Below, piece by piece: positions 38,597 to 54,200 of a stretch of 64,000 nt of DNA. Where the stretch lies: positions 142,414,001 to 142,478,000 of the forward strand of contig OZ024743.1 in assembly GCA_964016885.1 (NCBI GenBank). Reading direction: 5' to 3'. The stretch's first letter is position 1, and each line of letters opens with the position of its first letter. The notes below the pieces were generated by a model. The model saw only the letters and a program-made list of their open reading frames with translations. It was not told the DNA's origin and ran no database searches. This DNA is from Eledone cirrhosa (lineage: Eukaryota). A program made the position numbers and the translations under genes.

Positions 38597-41500
38597 ATAC
38601 ACATATATATGTGTAAATATATATATACACATATATATGTGTAAATATATATATACACATATATATATATACACATATATATGTGTAAATATATATATAT
38701 ACATATATATGTATGTATGTATATATATATATATAAACACCATTAAAAACTCCATTGAAAAGCTCATAAAAACTCATTAAAAACCCAATAAAAAGCACAC
38801 TAAACCACCATTAAAAGCTACATCCGAAACCCATTAAAAACTATATTAAAACACCATTAAAATTCCATTAAAAACCACATTAAAATCCATTAAAAATCCA
38901 ATTAAAAACAGTAAAAACTTAATTGTAAACGTAATCGAAAGCGCAAGTAAAACAACATTAAAACCATTTAACACCCCATTAAAACCCACAAAAATACCAC
39001 CAGAACCCATTAAAATCCCATAACCGCCATTAAAATTCCATTAAAAATATTATCAAAAACTTCATTTAAAACACACTGGAAACCCATTAAACTTCATAAT
39101 TCTCGTTAAAAAAATCCATTAAAAACTCAATCAAAAACCCAATTAAAAGGCCATAAAAGAAACATTAAAACAGCATTTAAAATACCATTAAAAACGCCAT
39201 AAAAAACATTAAAATCCCATTAAAAATACATTAAAGGCCCATTAAAAATTCCACTAAAAACCTCATTGAAAACCCCATTTAAAACCTAATTAGAAGCTCA
39301 TAAAAACTCCCAAAACCCAATAAAAAAACCATTAAAACGTCATTAAAACGTCATAAAACGCTATTAAAACGTCATTAAAAATGTCATTAAAAACTCCATT
39401 GATAACTCAATTAAAAACTGCATTTTACCCCCTCCTCCCCCATTAAAAACACATTAAACACTCCATTAAAATTACCATTAAAAACCAATTAAATACTCCA
39501 TTAAACACTATATTAAAACCGCAATTATAAATTCTTTAAAAATCCAATTAAAAAACATATTATAAACTCCATTAAAAATCCAATTAAAAACCCTACTGAA
39601 AATCCCATTATAAAATTACATAAAAACCCATAATAATAGTCCTTTAAAAAACCAATTAAAAATCCTATTAAAACGCCATAAAAAACACCATTAAAACGTC
39701 ATTAAAAATACAATTAAAAACACCATTAAAAACTACATTGCAAATTCCATTAAAAGACCCATTAAAAATTCCATTAAAAACACCACTAAAAAGCCCATTA
39801 AAAAGCTCATAAAACCCATTAAAATACAATCAATAACCAATTAACACTCCATTAAAAACCATTACAACCGTCATTAAAATGCCATAAAATACCATTAAAA
39901 CGCCATTAAGAACGCCATTAAAATCGTCATTAAAAACCTCATTAAAAACTACATTAAAACTTCATTAAAAACTCCATTAAAACCTCCATTATAAACTCTA
40001 TTAAACTCCATTAAAAACTCAATTAAATCCCCCATTAAACCCCCATTAAGCCCCATTAAAAGCCCCTGAAAAATGCAACTAAAAACCAATTTTAAAACCC
40101 CATTAAAACACAATTAAAATTCCATTGGAAACCCCATTAAAATTCCATTAAAAATTCATTAAAAACTTAGTAAAAACTCGATTTTATACTCAATTAAAAA
40201 GGTAATTGAAAACTCAATTAGCACACCATTAAAAACTCATTAAAAAGCCCATAAAAACTCCATAAAAAATCTAATTGAAAAACATTAAAAATTCAGTTAA
40301 AAACCTGATTGAAAACCCCAATAAAAGTTCATTAAAAAAACTCCATTAAAAAATCAATCAAAACCCCATTAAAATAACATTGAAACTTATCGAAGCGTCA
40401 TTAAGGATACCATTAAAAAACACCATTAAAACGGCATTGAAAACCCATTATAAAAAATTAAAGGGTCCGTAAAAAACACCATTATAAATCCATTAAAAAC
40501 CTAATTGAAAAACCCATTAAAAATCAATTTTTAAACTAGATTAAAAACGCAATTAAAAACGCAATTAAAAGCTCAATGAAAAACCATTAAAAACACCATT
40601 AAAAACTCTAAAAAAAAGAGCACTAGCCATTAAAACTCCATTAAAACCCATTGAAACCTACTACCCCCATTAAACCCCATTAAAATTGCATTAAACACAT
40701 TACACATCCATTAAAGCCCATTAGAAGGACCATCAAATATTTAAATTTAAACTAAATCAGAAACTCGCTTAAAACACCATTAAAAACACATTAAAATGTC
40801 ACTAATACCATTAACAACCACACCAAAAACTCCATTAATATACCATTAAAAACCGCATTGAAAACCCATAAAATCCCAAGTAAAGATCTTTTAAAAAACT
40901 ACATTAAAAACCCAATTAAAAAACCCATTAAAACGCCATAAAAGTCATTAAAACGTCATTTAAAGTACCATTAAAAACGTCACTAGAAACCCAATTAAAA
41001 ACACATTAAAAATTCCATTTGAAACCATATTAAAAATTTCATTAAATGCAATATTGAAAAACCCATTAAAAACACCAGTGAAAACTCATATAAATACTCA
41101 ATTAAAAACCAATTAAAAATCCTATTTAAACGTCACTAAAACACCATAAAAAACACAATTAAAACGTCATTAAAACACCATTAAACTATCATTAAAAATT
41201 ACATTGAAAACACCATTAAAAATTCAATTAAAACCCCATTAAAAATCCATTAAAAAGATCATCATGAACGCACTTAAACACCATCAAAAACGCATTAAAA
41301 ATTAAATTAAAAAGCAATTAATTTTTTTTATCAAACCCCCATTAAAATTCCATTAAACACTCCATTAAAAACAACATTGAAAACCCCCATTAAAAGCTCA
41401 TACAAAATTATATTAAAAACCCAATAAAAAACAATTACAACGCCATTAAAACATCATAAAAACTCATTAAAATGTCATTTAAAATGCCATTAAAACCCTC

Positions 41501-42848
41501 ACGGGGGGAAACGCAATTAAAAACACCATTAGAAATTTCATTAAAAACTCCATTAAAAATCATATTTAAAGTCAATTAGAACCCTTATTATAAATTCCAT
41601 AAAAACCCATTAAGTATCCAATTGAAAAATCCATTAAGAGCTCATTAAAAATACTCCATTAAAAACCCAATTAAAAATCATTAAAACGCATTTAAACACC
41701 ATAAAAACACAATTAAAACGCCATTAAAAACTCCATTAAAACATCCTTGAATCTATTAAAAATTTCATTAAAAACGCAATCAAAAATTCCATTAAAAACC
41801 CATTTAAAAACTCATAAACAACACCATTGAAAACCCAATTAAAAACTCCATAAAAAACCCATTAAACACCATCGAAAATCCCATTAAAACACCATTAAAA
41901 AGCCATTAAAACCCAATTTTAAACGCAATTAAAAACTGAATTAAAACACTATTAAAAACTCATAAAAAAAGGCTCATAAATAATGGGGTTTTCAATTGTT
42001 TTTTATGAAATTTATAATATGGCTTTTAATGAACTTTTTAATGGGCTTTTAGTGGAGTTTTTAATGGATTTTTATGGAATTTTTAATGACATTATTAATG
42101 GTTTTTTAATTGGGCTTTTTGTGATGTTTTAATGGCGTTTTTATGACATTTTATTGTGTTTTGTGGCGTTTTAATGGCGTTTTAATTGGTTTGTTATTGG
42201 GTTTTTAATAGAGTTTTATGAACTTTTAATATGGGGTTAATGGGTTTTGAATGTGTTTTCAATGGAACTTTTAATTGAGTTTTTAATGAAATTTCTAATG
42301 GGATGTGTAATTGAATTTTTAATTGGTTTTTAATGGGTTTAGTGGGTTTATAGTGGAGTTTTTAATGGTGTTTTAATGGTGCTTCGATTGAGTTTTTAAT
42401 TGAGTTTTTAATTGAGTTCTTATTTTATTTTATTTTATTTATTTTTTATATTTAATTTTTTTTTATTTTTTTTTATTTTATTTTATTTTTATTTATTTTA
42501 TTTTATTTTATTTTATTTTATTTTATTTATTTTATTTTATTTTATTTATATTTTTTAGTTTTTTTTATTTTATTTTATTTTATTTTTTATTTTATTTTAT
42601 TTTATTTTATTTTATTTTATTTTATTTTATTTTATTTTATTTTATTTTATTTTATTTTATTTTATTTTTTATTTTATTTTATTTTATTTTATTTTATTTT
42701 ATTTTATTTTATTTTATTTTATTTTATTTTATTTTATTTTATTTTATTTTATTTTATTTTATTGAGTTTTTAATTTAGTTTATAATTTAGTTTATAACTT
42801 AGTTTATAATTTAGTTTATTTCTCCCTCTTCTCCCCCTACTGTCCTCT
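36684..42848. repeat. Composite macrosatellite, copy 2 (6165 bp)
   Basis: Anchor acagccagatctg at 36684 and 42849, with the same module order as copy 1. Confidence 0.97.
37709..38104. repeat. Long palindrome, copy 2
   Basis: Same arms as copy 1, with one extra right-arm mismatch (atatgttaatat). Confidence 0.95.
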
Positions 42849-43714
42849 ACAGCCAGATCTGCCTTTCTTTACCCTTCCCAAGTCTCTTCCCTCTTCTCCC
42901 CCTACTGTCCTCTACAGCCTGATCTGCCTTTCTTTACCCCTCCCTAGTCTCTTCATTATTCAGTTTTGTTTTTATCTTTCTAAAACATCCTAGTTTTAAT
43001 GAAATTAAAAGGAAATAGCAATCGCTATAAGTGTGCAAGCCAGCATGTAACTTCATGTGTGTGTGTTTTTAATGGAGTTTTTAATTGAGTTTTAATGGAG
43101 TTTTAATTGAGTTTATAATGGAGATTTAAATGGAATTTTTAATTGAGTTTTAATGTAGTTTTAATGGTGTTTTATGCCGTTTTAATGGTATTTTAATGGG
43201 GTTTTTATTTGGTTTTTTATAAAGTTTTGGGTGCGCTTTTAATAGGGGTTTAATGGGTTTTCAGTGTAGTTTTTAATGACATTTTTAATGGTTTTCCAAT
43301 GGAACCTTAGTGGTGTGTTAATGCAATTTTAATTGGTTTAATGGGCTTTTAATTGTGTTTTTAATGGTGTTTTAATTGAGTTTTTAATTGCGTTTTTATT
43401 GAGTTTTTATTTCGGTTTAAATTTGAGGTTTTAATGTCTTTTCGAGGGGGGGGGGGTTAATGGGGGTTTTAATGGAGTTTTAATGGGGACTTTTAATGGA
43501 AACTTTAATTTTGTTTTAATTGGGTTTTTATGGGTTTCCAATGTGGTTTTTAATGGCGCTTTTATTGGCATTCTTAATGATGTTTTAATTGTGTTTTAAT
43601 GGGGGGTTTGGTTGGGGTTTTAATGGAGTGTTTTATGAGCTTATAATGGGGTTTTTAATGGGTTTTTCAAAATAGATTTTTAATTGAATTTTTAATGTGG
43701 TTTTTAATGGGATT

Positions 43715-43748
<34 letters not shown>

Positions 43749-43822
43749 TATAATATATAGTGTGTGTGTATATATATATATATAGTGTGTATGTATATAT
43801 ATATATATATATAGTGTGTGCG

Positions 43823-43854
<32 letters not shown>

Positions 43855-44474
43855 ACACAAATATTAGCATATACATATTTTCTTAGTAATTGAGGATGTG
43901 TTTTTTATACATACATATGGATATTGCATCCATACATACACACATACAAGCATATACATACACATACACACACATGTATATACACACACTGTATATATAT
44001 ACATACACACACACACATATATATATATACACCACACACTATATATATATATAGTGTGTGTGTGTATATATATATGTGTGTGTGTGTGTATGTATATATA
44101 TATATACAGTGTGTGTATATATGTGTGTGTGTATGTCTATGTATATGCTTGTATGTGTGTATGTATGTATGTATGCAATATGCATATGTATGTATAAAAA
44201 CACATCCTCAATGACTAAGAAATTATGTATATGCTAATATTTGTGTTAGTGTCTATATAAATGTATGTATGTAGTATATGCAAGTGTTCGTGCAAATTGA
44301 AAATAGATTTAATAATTTTAATAATATCTAGAACAATGTGATCTAAAAAAAATATTTTTTAAGATACGAATATATCGTTGTCAGCTTAATATGGCACTAA
44401 CGCAAAATATAAATCCCAGTTTATATATAGTGTGTAACATGAAAGTGGAATATATATATATATATATATATATA

Positions 44475-44548
<74 letters not shown>

Positions 44549-44645
44549 TATATATATATATATATATTTAATATATATATATATATATATATATTTAATA
44601 TATATATATATATATATATATTTAATATATATATATATATATATA

Positions 44646-44711
<66 letters not shown>

Positions 44712-44712
44712 A

Positions 44713-44752
<40 letters not shown>

Positions 44753-47700
44753 ATACACATATATATGTGTAAATATATATATACACATATATATGTGTAA
44801 ATATATATATACACATATATATATACACATATATATGTGTAAATATATATATATACATATATATATACACATATATATGTGTAAATATATATATATACAT
44901 ATATATGTATGTATATATATATATATATAAACACCATTAAAAACTCCATTGAAAAGCTAATAAAAACTCATTAAAAACCCAATAAAAAGCACACTAAACC
45001 ACCATTAAAAGCTACATCCGAAACCCATTAAAAACTATATTAAAACACCATTAAAATTCCATTAAAAACCACATTAAAATCCATTAAAAATCCAATTAAA
45101 AACAGTAAAAACTTAATTGTAAACTCAATCGAAAGCGCAAGTAAAACAACATTAAAACCATTTAACACCCCATTAAAACCCACAAAAATACCACCAGAAC
45201 CCATTAAAATCCCATAACCGCCATTAAAATTCCATTAAAAATATTATCAAAAACTTCATTTAAAACACACTGGAAACCCATTAAACTCCATAAAAAAATC
45301 CATTAAAAATAATCCATTAAAAAAATCCATTAAAAAAAATCCATTAAAAAAAATCCGTTAAAAAAAATCCATTAAAAACTCAATCAAAAACCCAATTAAA
45401 AGGCTATAAAAGAAACATTAAAACAGCATTTAAAAAATCCATTAAAAATCCATTAAAAAAATACATTAAAAAAAATCCATTAAAAAATCCATTAAAATTC
45501 CATAAAAAATCCATTATAAATCCATTAAAAATCCATTAAAAATCCATTAAAAATCCATTAAAAATCCATTAAAAATCCATTAAAAATCCATTAAAAAATC
45601 CATTTAAAAAATCCATTAAAAAAATCCATTAAAAAATCCATTTAAAAAATCCATTAAAAAAATCCATTTAAAAAAAATCCATTAAAAAAAATCCATTAAA
45701 AAAAATCCATTAAAAACTCAATAAAAAACCCAATTAAAAGGCCATAAAAGAAACATTAAAACAGCATTTAAAATACCATTAAAAACGCCATAAAAAACAT
45801 TAAAATCCCATTAAAAATACATTAAAGGCCCATTAAAAATTCCACTAAAAACCTCATTGAAAACCCCATTTAAAACCTAATTAGAAGCTCATAAAAACTC
45901 CCAAAACCCAATAAAAAAACCCATTAAAACGTCATTAAAACGTCATAAAACGCTATTAAAACGTCATTAACAATGTCATTAAAAACTCCATTGATAACTC
46001 AATTAAAAACTGCATTTTACCCCCCTCCTCCCCCATTAAAAACACATTAAACACTCCATTAAAATTACCATTAAAAACCAATTAAATACTCCATTAAACA
46101 CTATATTAAAACCGCAATTATAAATTCTTTAAAAATCCAATTAAAAACCATATTATAAACTCCATTAAAAATCCAATTAAAAACCCTACTGAAAATCCCA
46201 TTATAAAATTACATAAAAACCCATAATAATAGTCCTTTAAAAAACCAATTAAAAATCCTATTAAAACGCCATAAAAAACACCATTAAAACGTCATTAAAA
46301 ATACAATTAAAAACACCATTAAAAACTACATTGCAAATTCCATTAAAAGACCCATTAAAAACTCCATTAAAAACACCACTAAAAAGCCCATTAAAAAGCT
46401 CATAAAACCCATTAAAATACAATCAATAACCAATTAACACTCCATTAAAAACCATTACAACCGTCATTAAAATGCCATAAAATACCATTAAAACGCCATT
46501 AAGAACGCCATTAAAATCGTCATTAAAAACCTCATTAAAAACTACATTAAAACTTCATTAAAAACTCCATTAAAACCTCCATTATAAACTCTATTAAACT
46601 CCATTAAAAACTCAATTAAATCCCCCATTAAACCCCCATTAAGCCCCATTAAAAGCCCCTGAAAAATGCAACTAAAAACCAATTTTAAAACCCCATTAAA
46701 ACACAATTAAAATTCCATTGGAAACCCCATTAAAATTCCATTAAAAATTCATTAAAAACTTAGTAAAAACTCGATTTTATACTCAATTAAAAAGGTAATT
46801 GAAAACTCAATTAGCACACCATTAAAAACTCATTAAAAAGCCCATAAAAACTCCATAAAAAATCTAATTGAAAAACATTAAAAATTCAGTTAAAAACCTG
46901 ATTGAAAACCCCAATAAAAGTTCATTAAAAAAACTCCATTAAAAAATCAATCAAAACCCCATTAAAATAACATTGAAACTTATCGAAGCGTCATTAAGGA
47001 TACCATTAAAAAACACCATTAAAACGGCATTGAAAACCCATTATAAAAAATTAAAGGGTCCGTAAAAAACACCATTATAAATCCATTAAAAACCTAATTG
47101 AAAAACCCATTAAAACTCAATTTTTAAACTAGATTAAAAACGCAATTAAAAACGCAATTAAAAGCTCAATGAAAAACCATTAAAAACACCATTAAAAACT
47201 CTAAAGAAAAGAGCACTAGCCATTAAAACTCCATTAAAACCCATTGAAACCTACTACCCCCATTAAAATTGCATTAAACACATTACACATCCATTAAAGC
47301 CCATTAGAAGGACCATCAAATATTTAAATTTAAACTAAATCAGAAACTCGCTTAAAACACCATTAAAAACACATTAAAATGTCACTAATACCATTAACAA
47401 CCACACCAAAAACTCCATTAATATACCATTAAAAACCGCATTGAAAACCCATAAAATCCCAAGTAAAGATCTTTTAAAAAACTACATTAAAAACCCAATT
47501 AAAAAACCCATTAAAACGCCATAAAAGTCATTAAAACGTCATTTAAAGTACCATTAAAAACGTCACTAGAAACCCAATTAAAAACACATTAAAAATTCCA
47601 TTTGAAACCATATTAAAAATTTCATTAAATGCAATATTGAAAAACCCATTAAAAACACCAGTGAAAACTCATATAAATACTCAATTAAAAACCAATTAAA

Positions 47701-49413
47701 AATCCTATTTAAACGTCACTAAAACACCATAAAAAACACAATTAAAACGTCATTAAAACACCATTAAACTATCATTAAAAATTACATTGAAAACACCATT
47801 AAAAAGTCAATTAAAACCCCATTAAAAATCCATTAAAAAGATCATCATGAACGCACTTAAATACCATCAAAAACGCATTAAAAATTAAATTAAAAAGCAA
47901 TTAATTTTTTTTATCAAACCCCCATTAAAATTCCATTAAACACTCCATTAAAAACAACATTGAAAACCCCCATTAAAAGCTCATACAAAATTATATTAAA
48001 AACCCAATAAAAAACAATTACAACGCCATTAAAACATCATAAAAACTCATTAAAATGTCATTTAAAATGCCATTAAAACCCTCACGGGGGGAAACGCAAT
48101 TAAAAACACCATTAGAAATTTCATTAAAAACTCCATTAAAAATCATATTTAAAGTCAATTAGAACCCTTATTATAAATTCCATAAAAACCCATTAAGTAT
48201 CCAATTGAAAAATCCATTAAGAGCTCATTAAAAATACTCCATTAAAAACCCAATTAAAAATCATTAAAACGCATTTAAACACCATAAAAACACAATTAAA
48301 ACGCCATTAAAAACTCCATTAAAACATCCTTGAATCTATTAAAAATTTCATTAAAAACGCAATCAAAAATTCCATTAAAAACCCATTTAAAAACTCATAA
48401 ACAACACCATTGAAAACCCAATTAAAAACTCCATAAAAAACCCATTAAACACCATCGAAAATCCCATTAAAACACCATTAAAAAGCCATTAAAACCCAAT
48501 TTTAAACGCAATTAAAAACTGAATTAAAACACTATTAAAAACTCATAAAAAAAGGCTCATAAATAATGGGGTTTTCAATTGTTTTTTATGAAATTTATAA
48601 TATGGCTTTTAATGAACTTTTTAATGGGCTTTTAGTGGAGTTTTTAATGGATTTTTATGGAATTTTTAATGACATTATTAATGGTTTTTTAATTGGGCTT
48701 TTTGTGATGTTTTAATGGCGTTTTTATGACATTTTATTGTGTTTTGTGGCGTTTTAATGGCGTTTTAATTGGTTTGTTATTGGGTTTTTAATAGAGTTTT
48801 ATGAACTTTTAATATGGGGTTAATGGGTTTTGAATGTGTTTTCAATGGAACTTTTAATTGAGTTTTTAATGAAATTTCTAATGGGATGTGTAATTGAATT
48901 TTTAATTGGTTTTTAATGGGTTTAGTGGGTTTATAGTGGAGTTTTTAATGGTGTTTTAATGGTGCTTCGATTGAGTTTTTAATTGAGTTTTTAATTGAGT
49001 TTTTACTGAGTTTTTAATTGAGTTCTTATTTTATTTTATTTTATTTATTTTTTATATTTAATTTTTTTTTATTTTTTTTTATTTTATTTTATTTTATTTT
49101 ATTTTATTTTATTTTATTTTATTTCATTTATTTTATTTTATTTTATTTTATTTATATTTTTTAGTTTTTTTTATTTTATTTTATTTTATTTTATTTTATT
49201 TTATTTTATTTTATTTTATTTTATTTTATTTTATTTTATTTTATTTTATTTTATTTTTTATTTTATTTTATTTTATTTTATTTTATTTTATTTTATTTTA
49301 TTTTATTTTATTTTATTTTATTTTATTTTATTTTATTTTATTTTATTTTATTGAGTTTTTAATTTAGTTTATAATTTAGTTTATTTCTCCCTCTTCTCCC
49401 CCTACTGTCCTCT
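42849..49413. repeat. Composite macrosatellite, copy 3 (6565 bp, carries a ~0.4-kb private expansion)
   Basis: Anchor at 42849 and 49414. Extra AAAAATCCATT run at about 45288-45700. Confidence 0.97.
43853..44248. repeat. Long palindrome, copy 3
   Basis: Same arms, with left-arm variants atatggatatt and cacatgtata. Confidence 0.95.
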
Positions 49414-50276
49414 ACAGCCAGATCTGCCTTTCTTTACCCCTCCCAAGTCTCTTCCCTCTTCTCCCCCTACTGTCCTCTACAGCCTGATCTGCCTTTCTTT
49501 ACCCCTCCCTAGTCTCTTCATTATTCAGTTTTGTTTTTTTCTTTCTAAAACATCCTAGTTTTAATGAAATTAAAAGGAAATAGCAATCGCTATAAGTGTG
49601 CAAGCCAGCATGTAACTTCATGTGTGTGTGTTTTTAATGGAGTTTTTAATTGAGTTTTAATGGAGTTTTAATTGAGTTTATAATGGAGATTTAAATGGAA
49701 TTTTTAATTGAGTTTTAATGTAGTTTTAATGGTGTTTTATGCCGTTTTAATGGTATTTTAATGGGGTTTTTATTTGGTTTTTTATAAAGTTTTGGGTGCG
49801 CTTTTAATGGGGGTTTAATGGGTTTTCAGTGTAGTTTTTAATGACATTTTTAATGGTTTTCCAATGGAACCTTAGTGGTGTGTTAATGCAATTTTAATTG
49901 GTTTAATGGGCTTTTAATTGTGTTTTTAATGGTGTTTTAATTGAGTTTTTAATTGCGTTTTAATTGAGTTTTTATTTCGGTTTAAATTTGAGGTTTTAAT
50001 GTCTTTTCGAGGGGGGGGTTAATGGGGGTTTTAATGGAGTTTTAATGGGGACTTTTAATGGAAACTTTAATTTTGTTTTAATTGGGTTTTTATGGGTTTC
50101 CAATGTGGTTTTTAATGGCGCTTTTATTGGCATTCTTAATGATGTTTTAATTGTGTTTTAATGGGGGGTTTGGTTGGGGTTTTAATGGAGTGTTTTATGA
50201 GCTTATAATGGGGTTTTTAATGGGTTTTTCAAAATAGATTTTTAATTGAATTTTTAATGTGGTTTTTAATGGGATT

Positions 50277-50323
<47 letters not shown>

Positions 50324-50390
50324 GTGTGTGTGTATATATATATATATATAGTGTGTATGTATATATATATATATATATATAGTGTGTGCG

Positions 50391-50422
<32 letters not shown>

Positions 50423-51013
50423 ACACAAATATTAGCATATACATATTTTCTTAGTAATTGAGGATGTGTTTTTTATACATACATATGCATATTGCATCCA
50501 TACATACACACATACAAGCATATACATACACATACACACACATATATATACACACACTGTATATATATATACATACACACACACACATATATATATATAC
50601 ACCACACACTATATATATATATAGTGTGTGTGTGTATATATATATGTGTGTGTGTGTGTATGTATATATATATATACAGTGTGTGTATATATGTGTGTGT
50701 GTATGTCTATGTATATGCTTGTATGTGTGTATGTATGTATGTATGCAATATGCATATGTATGTATAAAAACACATCCTCAATGACTAAGAAATTATGTAT
50801 ATGCTAATATTTGTGTTAGTGTCTATATAAATGTATGTATGTAGTATATGCAAGTGTTCGTGCAAATTGAAAATAGATTTAATAATTTTAATATCTAGAA
50901 CAATGTGATCTAAAAAAATATTTTTTAAGATACGAATATATCGTTGTCACCTTAATATGGCACTAACGCAAAATATAAATCCCAGTTTATATATAGTGTG
51001 TAACATGAAAGTG

Positions 51014-51058
<45 letters not shown>

Positions 51059-51077
51059 ATATATATATATATATATA

Positions 51078-51114
<37 letters not shown>

Positions 51115-51214
51115 ATATATATATATATATATATATATTTAATATATATATATATATATATATATATTTAATATATATATATATATATATATTTAATATA
51201 TATATATATATATA

Positions 51215-51249
<35 letters not shown>

Positions 51250-51250
51250 A

Positions 51251-51298
<48 letters not shown>

Positions 51299-54200
51299 AT
51301 ACACATATATATGTGTAAATATATATATACACATATATATGTGTAAATATATATATACACATATATATATACACATATATATGTGTAAATATATATATAT
51401 ACATATATATGTATGTATATATATATATATATAAACACCATTAAAAACTCCATTGAAAAGCTCATAAAAACTCATTAAAAACCCAATAAAAAGCACACTA
51501 AACCACCATTAAAAGCTACATCCGAAATCCATTAAAAACTATATTAAAACACCATTAAAATTCCATTAAAAACCACATTAAAATCCATTAAAAATCCAAT
51601 TAAAAACAGTAAAAACTTAATTGTAAACGTAATCGAAAGCGCAAGTAAAACAACACTAAAACCATTTAACACCCCATTAAAACCCACAAAAATACCACCA
51701 GAACCCATTAAAATCCCATAACCGCCATTAAAATTCCATTAAATATATTATCAAAAACTTCATTTAAAACACACTGGAAACCCATTAAACTTCATAATTC
51801 TCGTTAAAAAAAATCCATTAAAAACTCAATAAAAAACCCAATTAAAAGGCCATAAAAGAAACATTAAAACAGCATTTAAAATACCATTAAAAACGCCATA
51901 AAAAACATTAAAATCCCATTAAAAATACATTAAAGGCCCATTAAAAATTCCACTAAAAACCTCATTGAAAACCCCATTTAAAACCTAATTAGAAGCTCAT
52001 AAAAACTCCCAAAACCCAATAAAAAAACCATTAAAACGTCATTAAAACGTCATAAAACGCTATTAAAACGTCATTAAAAATGTCATTAAAAACTCCATTG
52101 ATAACTCAATTAAAAACTGCATTTTACCCCCTCCTCCCCCATTAAAAACACATTAAACACTCCATTAAAATTACCATTAAAAACCAATTAAATACTCCAT
52201 TAAACACTATATTAAAACCGCAATTATAAATTCTTTAAAAATCCAATTAAAAACCATATTATAAACTCCATTAAAAATCCAATTAAAAACCCTACTGAAA
52301 ATCCCATTATAAAATTACATAAAAAACCCATAATAATAGTCCTTTAAAAAACCAATTAAAAATCCTATTAAAACGCCATAAAAAACACCATTAAAACGTC
52401 ATTAAAAATACAATTGAAAACACCATTAAAAACTACATTGCAAATTCCATTAAAAGACCCATTAAAAACTCCATTAAAAACACCACTAAAAAGTCCATTA
52501 AAAAGCTCATAAAACCCATTAAAATACAATTAATAACCAATTAACACTCCATTAAAAACCATTACAACCGTCATTAAAATGCCATAAAATACCATTAAAA
52601 CGCCATTAAGAACGCCATTAAAATCGTCATTAAAAACCTCATTAAAAACTACATTAAAACTTCATTAAAAACTCCATTAAAACCTCCATTATAAACTCTA
52701 TTAAACTCCATTAAAAACTCAATTAAATCCCCCATTAAACCCCCATTAAGCCCCATTAAAAGCCCCTGAAAAATGCAACTAAAAACCAATTTTAAAACCC
52801 CATTAAAACACAATTAAAATTCCATTGGAAACCCCATTAAAATTCCATTAAAAATTCATTAAAAACTTAGTAAAAACTCGATTTTATACTCAATTAAAAA
52901 GGTAATTGAAAACTCAATTAGCACACCATTAAAAACTCATTAAAAAGACAATAAAAACTCCATAAAAAATATAATTGAAAAACATTAAAAATTCAGTTAA
53001 AAACCTGATTGAAAACCCTAATAAAAGTTCATTAAAAAAACTCCATTAAAAAATCAATCAAAACCCCATTAAAATAACATTGAAACTTATCGAAGCGTCA
53101 TTAAGGATACCATTAAAAAACACCATTAAAACGGCATTGAAAACCCATTATAAAAAATTAAAGGGTCCGTAAAAAACACCATTATAAATCCATTAAAAAC
53201 CTAATTGAAAAACCCATTAAAACTCAATTTTTAAACTAGATTAAAAACGCAATTAAAAACGCAATTAAAAGCTCAATGAAAAACCATTAAAAACACCATT
53301 AAAAACTCTAAAGAAAAGAGCACTAGCCATTAAAACTCCATTAAAACCCATTGAAACCTACTACCCCCATTAAAATTGCATTAAACACATTACACATCCA
53401 TTAAAGCCCATTAGAAGGACCATCAAATATTTAAATTTAAACTAAATCAGAAACTCGCTTAAAACACCATTAAAAACACATTAAAATGTCACTAATACCA
53501 TTAACAACCACACCAAAAACTCCATTAATATACCATTAAAAACCGCATTGAAAACCCATAAAATCCCAAGTAAAGATCTTTTAAAAAACTACATTAAAAA
53601 CCCAATTAAAAAACCCATTAAAACGCCATAAAAGTCATTAAAACGTCATTTAAAGTACCATTAAAAACGTCACTAGAAACCCAATTAAAAACACATTAAA
53701 AATTCCATTTGAAACCATATTAAAAATTTCATTAAATGCAATATTGAAAAACCCATTAAAAACACCAGTGAAAACTCATATAAATACTCAATTAAAAAAC
53801 CAATTAAAAATCCTATTTAAACGTCACTAAAACACCATAAAAAACACAATTAAAACGTCATTAAAACACCATTAAACTATCATTAAAAATTACATTGAAA
53901 ACACCATTAAAAAGTCAATTAAAACCCCATTAAAAATCCATTAAAAAGATCATCATGAACGCACTTAAATACCATCAAAAACGCATTAAAAATTAAATTA
54001 AAAAGCAATTAATTTTTTTTATCAAACCCCCATTAAAATTCCATTAAACACTCCATTAAAAACAACATTGAAAACCCCCATTAAAAGCTCATACAAAATT
54101 ATATTAAAAACCCAATAAAAAACAATTACAACGCCATTAAAACATCATAAAAACTCATTAAAATGTCATTTAAAATGCCATTAAAACCCTCACGGGGGGA

